From an uncultured Erysipelotrichaceae bacterium (GTDB lineage: Bacteria > Bacillota_I > Bacilli_A > Erysipelotrichales > Erysipelotrichaceae), in assembly GCA_964389885.1 (NCBI GenBank), contig CAYMGC010000002.1:1-45853 (forward strand): 45,853 bases of DNA, read 5' to 3'. The translations under genes and the position numbers were made by a program. Shown piece after piece: positions 18,979-28,571 of this stretch. Each line of letters begins with the position of its first letter. Positions within the stretch are counted from its first letter, which is position 1. Below the pieces are notes generated by a model. It was not told where the DNA came from. It did not search any database and saw only the letters and a program-made list of their open reading frames with translations.

Positions 18979-19704
18979 TCATTTAGGAGTCTTTTGACAA
19001 GCGATGAAGTACTTTTCACACGTTTCTAAAGGTTCTTCGCCAAAATCACCAAGAATTTCGAGTACCGTGAATCCAGCTTTTTGTAAGGCCTCTTGTAAAA
19101 CCTCTAAGGAATATACTCGCTGAACATGATGTTCTAAAACTACAGGTTGATTGGGCAAATAAAAGGCGAAGTCTTGAACAATTAAATCGTCTTCAGAGCG
19201 AATTCGCCATTCCACTTGAGTTCCATCACTAAAGGTTCCTTCTTCTTCATACCCATAATCATCCCGTTCCGCTTTAAATTCCTCTAAGCGATCGAGTCCA
19301 TGGCTATCGAAGAAAAAGAATCCACCCTCGACTAAATGGGCATAGACACTTTGAAAAAAAGATTCAATATCCTCCAGTAAATAGTTAAAAGAATCGCAAA
19401 AGCAACCAATGGCATCAAATTGTTCTAAGTTTTCTAAGTTGCGCATATCACCTTGAATAAAAACAATTTGATCATTTGTATCGCGTTTTTTCGCTTCTTC
19501 TAACATGGAGGCCGATAAATCAAGGGCAGACATCGTATGATTTTGAGCAAGTAAAGAGGTAATGGCACCACTTCCACAAGCCAATTCTAAAAAGGTTGGC
19601 CCAGGTTGATAGGATTCCACCCAGTCCACCCATTGATTGGAAGCTTCTAAATCCCCGACCAAGGCATCATAGTAATGGGCCAAAGTCTTTTCATATTGTC
19701 CCAT
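18979..19704 (-). CDS. Class I SAM-dependent methyltransferase (YqeM-like)
   Basis: ELACGSG, DLSASML, GDMR, DSFNYL; position after rsfS. Confidence 0.88.
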   Translation of the reverse strand: MGQYEKTLAHYYDALVGDLEASNQWVDWVESYQPGPTFLELACGSGAITSLLAQNHTMSALDLSASMLEEAKKRDTNDQIVFIQGDMRNLENLEQFDAIGCFCDSFNYLLEDIESFFQSVYAHLVEGGFFFFDSHGLDRLEEFKAERDDYGYEEEGTFSDGTQVEWRIRSEDDLIVQDFAFYLPNQPVVLEHHVQRVYSLEVLQEALQKAGFTVLEILGDFGEEPLETCEKYFIACQKTPK

Positions 19705-19771
19705 TTAAATCGTCCTTTCTATTGCTTTAAAAAAGAGCTCTTTTCCCCAAGAGGCAAAAGAGCATTTTTTG

Positions 19772-20116
19772 TCACTCAAATCGTTGAACGGGGCATTCTT
19801 GATACAAGCGATCTAGAGAATACAGCTCGCGCTCATTGCCCACAAAGAGATGAATCACAATGTCTTTAAGATCCACTAAAAGCCAACGGGATTCGCTATT
19901 TCCTTCTACACGAAAATCACCATCGTAGTCGGTTTCAAAAAGACGGTCTTTAATATTTTGAGCAAGCGCATGATTTTGTTTTAAATTGTCACTGCTTGCT
20001 ACAATCATCGTATCCATAAAAGGGGTCAAGGCGGTGGTATCGTATACTTCAATGTCATGACCCTTTTTTTCACTAATGGCTTTGATGATGAGGTCTGTTA
20101 ATGTTTTTTGATCCAT
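19772..20116 (-). CDS. rsfS: Ribosome silencing factor
   Basis: EKKGHDI, WLLVDLKDIVIHLF, RELYSLDRL. Confidence 0.93.
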   Translation of the reverse strand: MDQKTLTDLIIKAISEKKGHDIEVYDTTALTPFMDTMIVASSDNLKQNHALAQNIKDRLFETDYDGDFRVEGNSESRWLLVDLKDIVIHLFVGNERELYSLDRLYQECPVQRFE

Positions 20117-20128
20117 AAAATAGCTTTC

Positions 20129-21208
20129 TTACTTTTCAGGGGATATTTTTGCTTTGTCTTTGCTTGACTTATCCTTACCTTTTTCTTTTTCTAAAAATGC
20201 TTTATTTTCCGCTTTTACCAGCAAAAATCCATTGTATAAATCATGTAAACAAGCTTTATATAATCCGGAGGAGTCATATCCGCGCAAAGGATCAAGTTTA
20301 TCAGCAATGAAGACAATCATCGCATAGGGATCATAACTTGTCCCTTTGACATGGTTGAAAATGGCATTGCGAATCATGGGACTTTCTAAGCCATAAAAGC
20401 GTTTGACCACTTCACTGCCCACATACCCATGCCAAATGGCATGATGTTCACTGAGTGCTTCTGGAAAAAGAGCCCGAATCCATTTTTCTTGTTCGTCTTT
20501 GGGCATGTCTTTGGCAATATCATGAAAAAGTCCCGCGAGCCAAGCCGCATGGGGATTCAATTTATGGGCTTTGGCCAATTCACGACAAAGCCGTGCCACA
20601 CTGCAAGAGTGGGCAAAACGTGAAGGACTCATTTGATTACGAATCCACCAAATTAAATACAATTCTTGATCCAAGATATACGTTAAAACCGATTTTGGAA
20701 CCATGTTGAGACGTTTGCCATTGCGAATTTGAGTAGAAGAGACATCCATAGGTTCCATAGATAAGGGAAGAAATGTTTCTCCAAGATCCAAGAAGTCTTC
20801 TTGATCACCACGCATGACTACAGCAAAAGTAGCTAATTCTTTTAAACGTTCGGGATCTTTCCATTTGTCAAATTGCTTGGCTTGATCTTGGCCGAGCAAC
20901 CAAAAAAAATCCACATTGGGGAAAAACTTAGTGAGCGTTTCAAGCGTATCGACGGTATAGCTTTGACCATTGCGTTTGAGTTCGACATCACACACTTTAA
21001 ACTGTGGATGGTCTTGACAAGCCAAGCGAATCATTTTCAAACGATGGGCGGCATTGGTTAAAGGCCGATCTTTTAAAGGGGAATGGCCTGCTGGAATAAA
21101 CCAAACTTCATCGACACCAAGATGATCGAGCGCTGCTTGCCCCATGGCAAGGTGTCCATTGTGAATGGGATCAAACGATCCGCCCAACAAAGCGACTTTC
21201 TTTTTCAT
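20129..21208 (-). CDS. nadD: Nicotinate-nucleotide adenylyltransferase fused to a YqeK-type HD hydrolase
   Basis: GGSFDPIHNGH, SYTVDTL, VSSTQIR, then RFAHS, FHDIAK, ADKLDP. Confidence 0.93.
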   Translation of the reverse strand: MKKKVALLGGSFDPIHNGHLAMGQAALDHLGVDEVWFIPAGHSPLKDRPLTNAAHRLKMIRLACQDHPQFKVCDVELKRNGQSYTVDTLETLTKFFPNVDFFWLLGQDQAKQFDKWKDPERLKELATFAVVMRGDQEDFLDLGETFLPLSMEPMDVSSTQIRNGKRLNMVPKSVLTYILDQELYLIWWIRNQMSPSRFAHSCSVARLCRELAKAHKLNPHAAWLAGLFHDIAKDMPKDEQEKWIRALFPEALSEHHAIWHGYVGSEVVKRFYGLESPMIRNAIFNHVKGTSYDPYAMIVFIADKLDPLRGYDSSGLYKACLHDLYNGFLLVKAENKAFLEKEKGKDKSSKDKAKISPEK

Positions 21209-21259
21209 TTCGTTTCGGGCTGGAGACTCATAACTAGGAAAGCCCGAACCAACCTTTCT
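21209..21259 (-). promoter_or_regulatory. SD-hairpin-AUG element, copy B (nadD leader)
   Basis: mRNA AGAAAGG-UUGG-[UUCGGGCU...AGCCCGAA]-ACGAA-AUG; no proximal SD. Confidence 0.6.
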
Positions 21260-21353
21260 TTTTTATGTCTCCATTTTCCTTCTTTTTGAGGCCAAACAGT
21301 GTTCCATAGTTGGAAACGAAATGCGTCTTTCAATGGAGCCACAATTTTGGGCT

Positions 21354-21641
21354 TTAGCGAATACCTAGCTTGTTTTCTTTGCTTTGTTTGTACAGAGTAA
21401 ACGTCCGTCCAATAATTTGAATAATTTCACTTCCTGTAACGCTTGCGCATTCAATGGCGGCTTGCCGAACACTGAGTTCACTGGTTTTTTGCATGGTGAC
21501 TTTAACCAGTTCATGCGCTTCTAAATCAGCCGCGAGCGTTTCAAAGAAGGAAGAGGTTAAATTGGCTTTGCCAATTTGAAGCATTGAGGGAAGCTCCATC
21601 GCCATAGTGCGAAGCTTCTTTTTATTTTGTGCGCTCAGCAT
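21354..21641 (-). CDS. yhbY: YhbY/CRM RNA-binding protein
   Basis: QIGK, LEAHELVKV, QIIGRTFTLYK. Confidence 0.92.
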   Translation of the reverse strand: MLSAQNKKKLRTMAMELPSMLQIGKANLTSSFFETLAADLEAHELVKVTMQKTSELSVRQAAIECASVTGSEIIQIIGRTFTLYKQSKENKLGIR

Positions 21642-22723
21642 TAAATCATCGCCTTTCGAAATGTAACTTGAATGCCTTTAGGGGCTTTCACGCTAATGGA
21701 TTGAATGTCTCCACTTACGCTAAACCAGCCAAGGCCTTGAATCACTACATCCATTTTTTGATTGGGACGTAGTTTAGGAGCATGCCAAGTTTTCATCGTA
21801 TCCAACGATTCATCCAAAGCAGGGGATAACATTTCCCCTAAATGCTCCTTCCATAACCGATCAGCATCGGCTAATTTGCCGCGATGAATGGGCAAAGACA
21901 AAGAAAAATAGCCTACAATGCTCGCTTTTCCCTTGCATACCACATCCATACGCGCCAATCCCCCTACCGCAAAGGATTGATCTTCATAAATCTGACAAAT
22001 GTAGGGTTTTAAAGGTTTAGTTGGAATGACTTGTTTTAAATCGGCTCCTTGTAACCAAGCCAATACGGATTTATCGTTTTCAAGACCTGGTGTATCAAAC
22101 AGTTTTCGATGGTGCCAAGGCCGTTCAATGATATCAAGTGTCGTTCCAGGGTTACGAGAAATGGTCAATTCTTTACTTCCAAGCAATTTATTGACCAAGG
22201 TTGATTTTCCCGAATTGGCCATTCCCATAAAGATGACATTTTGGTTAGGAGCATAATGGTCAGCAGCCCATTCGATTTGTTCAACTACATCTTGAGCTTT
22301 TTCTCCATCTTTTGTCATGTAGCCCGCTACGATGATGTCTTTCACATGAATGTCTTCTTCTTTTAAACGACTTTCCAAATAGGCTTTGATCTTTTTTTCG
22401 CTCATTGTGGCTGGCAATAAATCGCGTTTAGTCGCCACAAGAATGATATCTTTGTCGGGTAAGCGACGATTTAAGCGACTGACTAAGTTGCTTTCAAGAT
22501 TAAATAAATCCACGGTCCAAAACACTACACCATCCAAATGATTAACTTTTTCAATGGTATTTCCCGTGGCAATGCCTTGTTGCATATTGATCGTTACATC
22601 TCCATAGTGACGCAAACGATAACAGCGCTGGCAATAGTCGGCCTCTAAAGAAGGCACATAGCCAAGCGCATTGGGATCCTGATTTTGTAGGCGAATCCCG
22701 CATCCTTTACAAAATTCTGACAT
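21641..22723 (-). CDS. yqeH: Ribosome biogenesis GTPase YqeH
   Basis: CKGCG...CQRC zinc finger, TKRD, GMANSGKS, PGTT, DTPG; start MSEFC. Confidence 0.94.
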   Translation of the reverse strand: MSEFCKGCGIRLQNQDPNALGYVPSLEADYCQRCYRLRHYGDVTINMQQGIATGNTIEKVNHLDGVVFWTVDLFNLESNLVSRLNRRLPDKDIILVATKRDLLPATMSEKKIKAYLESRLKEEDIHVKDIIVAGYMTKDGEKAQDVVEQIEWAADHYAPNQNVIFMGMANSGKSTLVNKLLGSKELTISRNPGTTLDIIERPWHHRKLFDTPGLENDKSVLAWLQGADLKQVIPTKPLKPYICQIYEDQSFAVGGLARMDVVCKGKASIVGYFSLSLPIHRGKLADADRLWKEHLGEMLSPALDESLDTMKTWHAPKLRPNQKMDVVIQGLGWFSVSGDIQSISVKAPKGIQVTFRKAMI

Positions 22724-23240
22724 GACGACCCTTCCGTTTAAGTTGGCCTTTTTTTTCGAGTCTTGCATACACTACTTCTTCAAGGTGTCGCATGAATTGG
22801 GTATCCTTTGGCTCATCTTCATAGAGTGGACTGCTCAAAATGGTATACGCTCCAGCTAAATGCCCTCCAAGCATATCCGTAAACAATTGATCGCCCATCA
22901 CGGCTACTTGACTCGGGGAAAGACGATGGCGCACCATTTCAAACCAAAAGGAAAAGGGCAATGGTTTGCAACAAAACCAATGCATCGAAAATGGGGGGCA
23001 TCCATTCATCACCCGTAAAGCGTGTTTTTTGGTGTTGTTGGTAAACAAGACAACCTCTAAGCCAGCTTCTTGTACAGCTTTTAAAAACTGTACGGCCTGT
23101 GGTCGACAATGCGTATCCGTATGACAGGCTAAGGTGTTGTCGATATCACACAATAACAAGCGAATACCTTGTTTTTTTAAAGCGTCAAGGTCGAGCTGGG
23201 CATAGGAATCGATCGCAAGATCGGGTAAAAAGAGCTTCAT
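22707..23240 (-). CDS. yqeG: YqeG family HAD IIIA phosphatase
   Basis: DIDNTL, TNN, KP, GDQLFTD. Confidence 0.92.
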   Translation of the reverse strand: MKLFLPDLAIDSYAQLDLDALKKQGIRLLLCDIDNTLACHTDTHCRPQAVQFLKAVQEAGLEVVLFTNNTKKHALRVMNGCPPFSMHWFCCKPLPFSFWFEMVRHRLSPSQVAVMGDQLFTDMLGGHLAGAYTILSSPLYEDEPKDTQFMRHLEEVVYARLEKKGQLKRKGRHVRIL

Positions 23241-23245
23241 TCTTC

Positions 23246-24844
23246 TTATTTTAGCGATACTTCGCGCGGCTTGTCAAAATGGTCCATGAGGGCCATAGCG
23301 CATTGTAAGCCATCAATTGCCGAAGTCATAATGCCCCCTGAATACCCTGAGCCTTCTCCACAGGGATACAAACCTTGAATGTTGCTTTCAAGCGTTTCTT
23401 TGGTTCTTGGTATGCGAATAGAAGAAGAGCTGCGCGTTTCCACTCCAGTTAAAATGGCTCCCTCTAGAAAACCAGGAACTCTTTTATCAAAAGCTAGAAG
23501 AGCTTCTTGTAAGGATGTGGCAATTGGAGTGGGAAGAAGATCGTGAAAATTGGTGAAGACAGTGCCTAAAGGATAAGTAGGGTTTACCGTTTCAAAATGA
23601 TCGGAGATTTGATTTTGGACAAAATCTTTAGCCAGTTGCACCGGCGCTTTATAACTATTGGAAAGCGCATAGGCTTTTTTCTCTAAGGCTTCTTGATAAC
23701 GTAAACCATCAAAAACGTCCTCTCCCGTATCCGAAGCATCCACTTGGACTAAAAGAGCGGCATTGGCATTTTCTCCTCCTCGATCACTATAGGACATGCC
23801 GTTGACTACAACGGTTTCGGGTTCACACGCAGCAGCAATGACATATCCTCCTGGGCACATACAAAAGCTATAGACCCCTTTTCCGGTGGAGACGGTTTGA
23901 CTCAATTGATAACGGGCTGGAATAAAATCGGGATTTTGATATTGGGTTTTGAGCATCGCTTTATTGATGAACTCTTGCAAATGCTCAATGCGTACCCCAA
24001 TGGCAAAGGGTTTGGCTTCCATATCCAATCCCTTTTCATACAACATTTGAATGGTATCGCAAGCGGAATGGCCAATGGCTAAGATGAGAGCTTGGCAGTT
24101 GATCCACGTTTGGCTTTGGTCAAGCGTGGAAACAAGGCCAATGGCTTTTAGTTTTCCCTCCTCCACTTGGATATCGTCTAAGCGATGATCGAATAAAAAT
24201 TCACCACCCAGTTTTTCAATTTCTTGGCGTAAGTTTTGCAAAATCTGTACGAAACCATCGGTGCCCACATGAGGATGTTGTTCGTATAAGATATTGGGAT
24301 TGGCACCAAGATTGACGAGTTCTTCAAAGACTTTGCGGACTTTGAGATTTTTCGAACGTGTCGTTAATTTGCCATCGCTAAAGGCTCCTGCGCCTCCCAT
24401 ACCAAATTGCACATTGCTTTCAGGATTAAGTTGACCATCCTTCCAGAAGGTTTGAACATCTTGGGAACGTTTTTCAATGGCACTCCCCCGCTCAATGATG
24501 AGCGGCTTATAGCCATATTGGGCCAATAATAAGGCGGCAAACATTCCCGCGGGTCCAAAGCCGACCACTACAGGGCGGTTTTGAAGCGGTGTTTCCTGTT
24601 TAGGGGTAAAGAAAAAGCGCTCATCGGGAGCGACGATGACATCTTTATTTTTTAAGTATTTTTTTTCGTGTTTAGCTTCTACATCCACTACAAAGGAAAA
24701 AAGGACCTTTTGTCCTCTAGCATCCATGCTTTTACGATGGATTGACCAGCTCAAAAGATCCTGTTTTGGCATATTGAGTTTTTTGAGAAGACTTTCCTCG
24801 ATCTTTTTAGGATCGGTGCATTTCACCTGATGGACTCTAATCAT
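23246..24844 (-). CDS. NAD(P)/FAD-dependent oxidoreductase (uncharacterised flavoprotein family)
   Basis: GFGPAG, GAGAFSDGKL, FCMCPGG, GEGSGYSGGI; start moved to MIRVHQ, where the family-like sequence begins. Confidence 0.9.
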   Translation of the reverse strand: MIRVHQVKCTDPKKIEESLLKKLNMPKQDLLSWSIHRKSMDARGQKVLFSFVVDVEAKHEKKYLKNKDVIVAPDERFFFTPKQETPLQNRPVVVGFGPAGMFAALLLAQYGYKPLIIERGSAIEKRSQDVQTFWKDGQLNPESNVQFGMGGAGAFSDGKLTTRSKNLKVRKVFEELVNLGANPNILYEQHPHVGTDGFVQILQNLRQEIEKLGGEFLFDHRLDDIQVEEGKLKAIGLVSTLDQSQTWINCQALILAIGHSACDTIQMLYEKGLDMEAKPFAIGVRIEHLQEFINKAMLKTQYQNPDFIPARYQLSQTVSTGKGVYSFCMCPGGYVIAAACEPETVVVNGMSYSDRGGENANAALLVQVDASDTGEDVFDGLRYQEALEKKAYALSNSYKAPVQLAKDFVQNQISDHFETVNPTYPLGTVFTNFHDLLPTPIATSLQEALLAFDKRVPGFLEGAILTGVETRSSSSIRIPRTKETLESNIQGLYPCGEGSGYSGGIMTSAIDGLQCAMALMDHFDKPREVSLK

Positions 24845-24893
24845 AAAAATAGCGGATTGGATACTTATAAGGGGAGGAAAATCCGCTCCTTCC
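24845..24893 (-). promoter_or_regulatory. SD-hairpin-AUG element, copy C (oxidoreductase leader)
   Basis: mRNA GGAAGG-[AGCGGAUU...AAUCCGCU]-AUUUUU-AUG; no proximal SD. Confidence 0.6.
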
Positions 24894-25062
24894 AGTAACG
24901 TATCCCTTAACCTAAGGCTAATTTCCTCCAAAAAGCTCCTTTCGAAGCAAAATCCCATGGTCATGATTGGCCAAAGACTTCATGGGTTCCCTACTCCTTA
25001 GGACTTTTATCCTAAAGTAAAAGTCTAAAGTTCGAAAAGGATGATTGACATGAAAGAGCAAG

Positions 25063-26103
25063 CTACATAATCCAATGCAACCATTTAAACCGCGTACTTA
25101 AACGAACAATGATGCTCGCAAACAACTGCGAACAGGCCAAAGTTCCAAGATAGACCACCAGATGCATTGTTGGCAAAGCCAGCAATAACAAACGCGCAAA
25201 TAAGATATGGCTGACATAGATGAGTGTGGAGTCTTGCCGCATGATCTTGTAAATCGGCTTGCGCACCATCTTGATTTTTAAAAGCATACTCATCAAGAAA
25301 TACAAGGCGGGCAAGAGCATCAAAAACATACAGCTTTTATCATTTAACACTCCAAGAGCCGCATACAAGGTCACTTCTAGTATTAAGCAAATAAAGGAAA
25401 TCGCAAAGCCAAGGGCACTGATTTTCAAGGGAAGGCGTGGGCGTTTGGCGATAAAAGCACCAATGGAAATGAAAATGGGCGCAAAGAAAAAACCATCACG
25501 AGCCGTCACCAAGGTTTTTACAAAAAAGCCATACACCACGGAAACCCCTTTAAGCGTTTCCCAAAAAGGCCCGTAAATATTGATGATATACCCCACGACA
25601 TATAAGGCTAAAGACACTTCTAAAGCGTAGATTGCACCTTTTCTTTCATACAAAAGCCATACGATCACCGTACCGAGGATTAAAGCGGGTAAAAACCAGA
25701 GATGATAGTAGGAACCATTTAAAAAAAAGTCTCGAATCCAACCTAGAAAGCCTGCCACACTAAAGCCCGCTTGCGCATAATTCCAAATGGTATAGGGCAA
25801 ATAAATAATGGTCCAAGCCAAATACAAGATTCCAAGCCGGCGCAAATAATGCACAATCACTTGTTGATTGGCGACAGGAGCATCGTTTTTAATTTTTCGA
25901 AAGAGAAAAAAGCTGCTCGCCACAAAGAAAAATGGCACCGCAATACGACACACTGTCGAGATAAAATACAAGTTGAAAGATGGGGAGATGTCTTCAAAGG
26001 GAAAGGTATGAATTGCTACTACTAACAAGGCGCAAATGTATTTAGCCAAGTCAATCGCTGAATATTGCCTTGGTTTTAAGCCGGTTCCCTTCGATTTGGT
26101 CAA
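25063..26103 (-). CDS. Acyltransferase-3 family membrane protein resembling the VanT membrane domain (VanTm-like)
   Basis: IDxxKxxxAxLVVAIH, RIAVPFFF, NGSYYHLWFLPA, ARDGFFFAPIF, IYVSH; about 10 TM segments; next to the racemase. Confidence 0.8.
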   Translation of the reverse strand: MTKSKGTGLKPRQYSAIDLAKYICALLVVAIHTFPFEDISPSFNLYFISTVCRIAVPFFFVASSFFLFRKIKNDAPVANQQVIVHYLRRLGILYLAWTIIYLPYTIWNYAQAGFSVAGFLGWIRDFFLNGSYYHLWFLPALILGTVIVWLLYERKGAIYALEVSLALYVVGYIINIYGPFWETLKGVSVVYGFFVKTLVTARDGFFFAPIFISIGAFIAKRPRLPLKISALGFAISFICLILEVTLYAALGVLNDKSCMFLMLLPALYFLMSMLLKIKMVRKPIYKIMRQDSTLIYVSHILFARLLLLALPTMHLVVYLGTLACSQLFASIIVRLSTRFKWLHWIM

Positions 26104-26297
26104 TGAAAGGCCCCCTTTCCATATAAAAAGGATTTATCTGTATTATGAAACGCCTTTAGGCTTTTAAAGTGGAATTGGCTTTCTAAAAATAGCCCAAAGC
26201 GAATCTAAGCATATATTACCAAATTTTCTGATGTCAAAGAAAAAGCGCCTAGCCAAATTCTAGACACGGCAAAGCGCTTTAAAATACTACACACATC

Positions 26298-27512
26298 CTA
26301 CTTAGCGAGACGCACTACACGCTTGGTTAAACAGGATAACGTTTCATTATTGATCGTATGCGAAAGGCGACTGATTTGATCGACACTGCACACATTTTTT
26401 CCATCTTGTCCAATAATGGTCACCACATCGCCTTCTTGAATATCGTCAAAGCCAGTGATATCCGCCATGCATTGATCCATACAAATGTTTCCCACAAGGG
26501 GTACTAAGTGGCCACGAATGGATACCATCAAATTTTGATTGGAACAAGCGCGCGATAAACCATCAGCATAACCAATAGAAAGAGAAGCAATTTTTCGTTC
26601 TCCTTGGGCTGTATAGTGGCGTCCATAGGATACGCTGGCTCCATTTGGAATGGTTTTTACTAAGGTGACTTTGGCTTTTAAAGCCAAAATTGGAATAAAG
26701 TGGGGATGGGTCAAAATCGGAATGGCATCATCACTTGTTACCCCCATATATAAAAGGCCAGGGCGACAATAATCCATTCCAAGATCTTGGTAATTTAAAA
26801 TTCCATACGAATTTTGAATGTGGCGCAAGCCGACATCAAGACCATCTTTTTTTAAACGAGAGCATACTTCGTTAAACAGATCAATTTGATGCTGGGTAAA
26901 GGTCGTACTTTCTGAACCTAAATCGTCACTGACGGGAAAATGAGAGAAAATTCCCTCTACTTGCAATCCAGGTAAACGATAGAGAGCCAAAATATCCTCA
27001 TATTCTTTGGCCCCATCTTGGTACAAAATACCAGTGCGATTCATTCCCGTATCCACTTTGACATGCCCCTTCATTTTGACATCGTATTCTTGCCCAAAAG
27101 CGGAAAGCTTTTGAGCATACTCTTTGGATAACAACGATTGGATCAAATCCAAACGAGCCAATTCAGCAAAGTTGGCGGGAGGCGTATAGCCAAGAATTAG
27201 GATGGGGGCGTCTAACCCTGCCTGCCGTAATTCTTGGGCTTCTTGTAAACACGCTACCGCAAAAAAATCGACACCACAGGCTTGTAAAGCTTTAGCACAA
27301 GCAATCGCTCCATGACCATAGGCATCCGCTTTGACAATGCCCATAATTTTGGTGTTTCCAATGAGTTTTTGGATTTGGTCTACATTATGGGCAATGGCTT
27401 GATAATCTACTTCCACCCAAGCGCGTTGCGTAGCGATAGGATCATGAGGGGCTTTGCTGGGATTTGGCTGGGCATTGGAGGCTGGAGAAGAAAGCGTTTT
27501 GCGTTCTTTCAT
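26298..27512 (-). CDS. alr: PLP-dependent alanine/serine racemase, VanT racemase-like
   Basis: VKADAYGHG, HVKVDTGMNR, HIQNSYG, SYG, GNICMDQ; TINNE instead of Alr TINYE; start MKERK with SD GGAG. Confidence 0.9.
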   Translation of the reverse strand: MKERKTLSSPASNAQPNPSKAPHDPIATQRAWVEVDYQAIAHNVDQIQKLIGNTKIMGIVKADAYGHGAIACAKALQACGVDFFAVACLQEAQELRQAGLDAPILILGYTPPANFAELARLDLIQSLLSKEYAQKLSAFGQEYDVKMKGHVKVDTGMNRTGILYQDGAKEYEDILALYRLPGLQVEGIFSHFPVSDDLGSESTTFTQHQIDLFNEVCSRLKKDGLDVGLRHIQNSYGILNYQDLGMDYCRPGLLYMGVTSDDAIPILTHPHFIPILALKAKVTLVKTIPNGASVSYGRHYTAQGERKIASLSIGYADGLSRACSNQNLMVSIRGHLVPLVGNICMDQCMADITGFDDIQEGDVVTIIGQDGKNVCSVDQISRLSHTINNETLSCLTKRVVRLAK

Positions 27513-27524
27513 AGTGGACTCCAA

Positions 27525-28568
27525 CTAGAGAGCTGCCTGCTTTTCCATCGCCAAGTTCACTAAGCGATCGATCAAATCTCCAAAAGAGATACCCGCTTCT
27601 TTCATCATTGTGGGATATCGACTGGTCGCGGTAAAGCCTGGAATGGTATTGACTTCATTTAAGACAATTTGACCATTTTCTTTGATAAACATATCGACAC
27701 GAGCCATATCTCGGCATTCTAAAACGCGAAATATTTTCTTGGCTAATTCCTTAGCTTCTTTTGCTTTGGCTTGAGAAATGCGAGCTGGGCAATAAATTGC
27801 GGAGTCTTTCATTTCGTATTTGCCTTCAAAATCGAAAACTTTGCCAGCCATTTCGATTTCATCGATTTCTCCAGTGAAAAGAGTCGCATCCCCTAAAACA
27901 GCACAGCCAATTTCAAAGCCATCGATGGCTTCTTCAATTAAAATTTTGCCTCGTCCATCGTAATGAAAGGCTTCTTTTACGGCATTTTCAAATTGGTCTT
28001 CCTTATCAACAAAGCTCACTCCATAGGAACTTCCCGCATTACAAGGTTTAATGACCCAAGGCAAGGGAATTTGTTGACAAAGACTTTCAAAGGAAGGCAA
28101 CGGTTCGTTTTCATGCAAGCAAATGTATTTGGCGGCTGGCAAACCACTCAAATCCATTAAGCGGTGCATGATTTCTTTGTCCATACAAATCGCGGAACCC
28201 AAAACATCACAACCAGCCACCGGCAAATCTAAGATGTTCATCATTCCTTGAATAGAACCATCTTCCCCATTTTTGCCATGCAAAATAGGAAAGACACAAT
28301 CCAAATCGATTTTGGTTTGGCTTTCCAATTCCACAATGCCTTTATGGACCCAGGCAATCGGTTTGGCCTTTTCTTGCCAATGATCATGTTCAAGCGCTTC
28401 TAAATCGCCTGTGTAATGGTAAAATCCTCCATCGAGTGAAATCCCAATCATTACCACTTCATAACGATCGGGATGAATCGAGCGTAAAAAGGAGGCAGCG
28501 GAATGCAATGAAACACTGTATTCGCTACTCTGTCCCCCAAAAATAACACCTAAACGAAGTTTATCCAT
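27525..28568 (-). CDS. ddl: D-Ala-D-X ligase with D-Ala-D-Ser (VanC/VanG-like) signatures
   Basis: FGGQSSEYSVS, LHGKNGEDG, GSSYG, FDFEGKY omega loop, EVNTIPGFTATSRYP. Confidence 0.9.
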   Translation of the reverse strand: MDKLRLGVIFGGQSSEYSVSLHSAASFLRSIHPDRYEVVMIGISLDGGFYHYTGDLEALEHDHWQEKAKPIAWVHKGIVELESQTKIDLDCVFPILHGKNGEDGSIQGMMNILDLPVAGCDVLGSAICMDKEIMHRLMDLSGLPAAKYICLHENEPLPSFESLCQQIPLPWVIKPCNAGSSYGVSFVDKEDQFENAVKEAFHYDGRGKILIEEAIDGFEIGCAVLGDATLFTGEIDEIEMAGKVFDFEGKYEMKDSAIYCPARISQAKAKEAKELAKKIFRVLECRDMARVDMFIKENGQIVLNEVNTIPGFTATSRYPTMMKEAGISFGDLIDRLVNLAMEKQAAL

Positions 28569-28571
28569 AAA

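Noticed and set aside
20129-21208. NadD-YqeK fusion as a novelty
   Set aside because: The genes are normally adjacent and fusions are known in Mollicutes and related Firmicutes.
24845-24964. 40-aa N-terminal extension of the oxidoreductase in the ORF track
   Set aside because: No SD at that start and no family-like sequence; it remains the main alternative explanation for element copy C.
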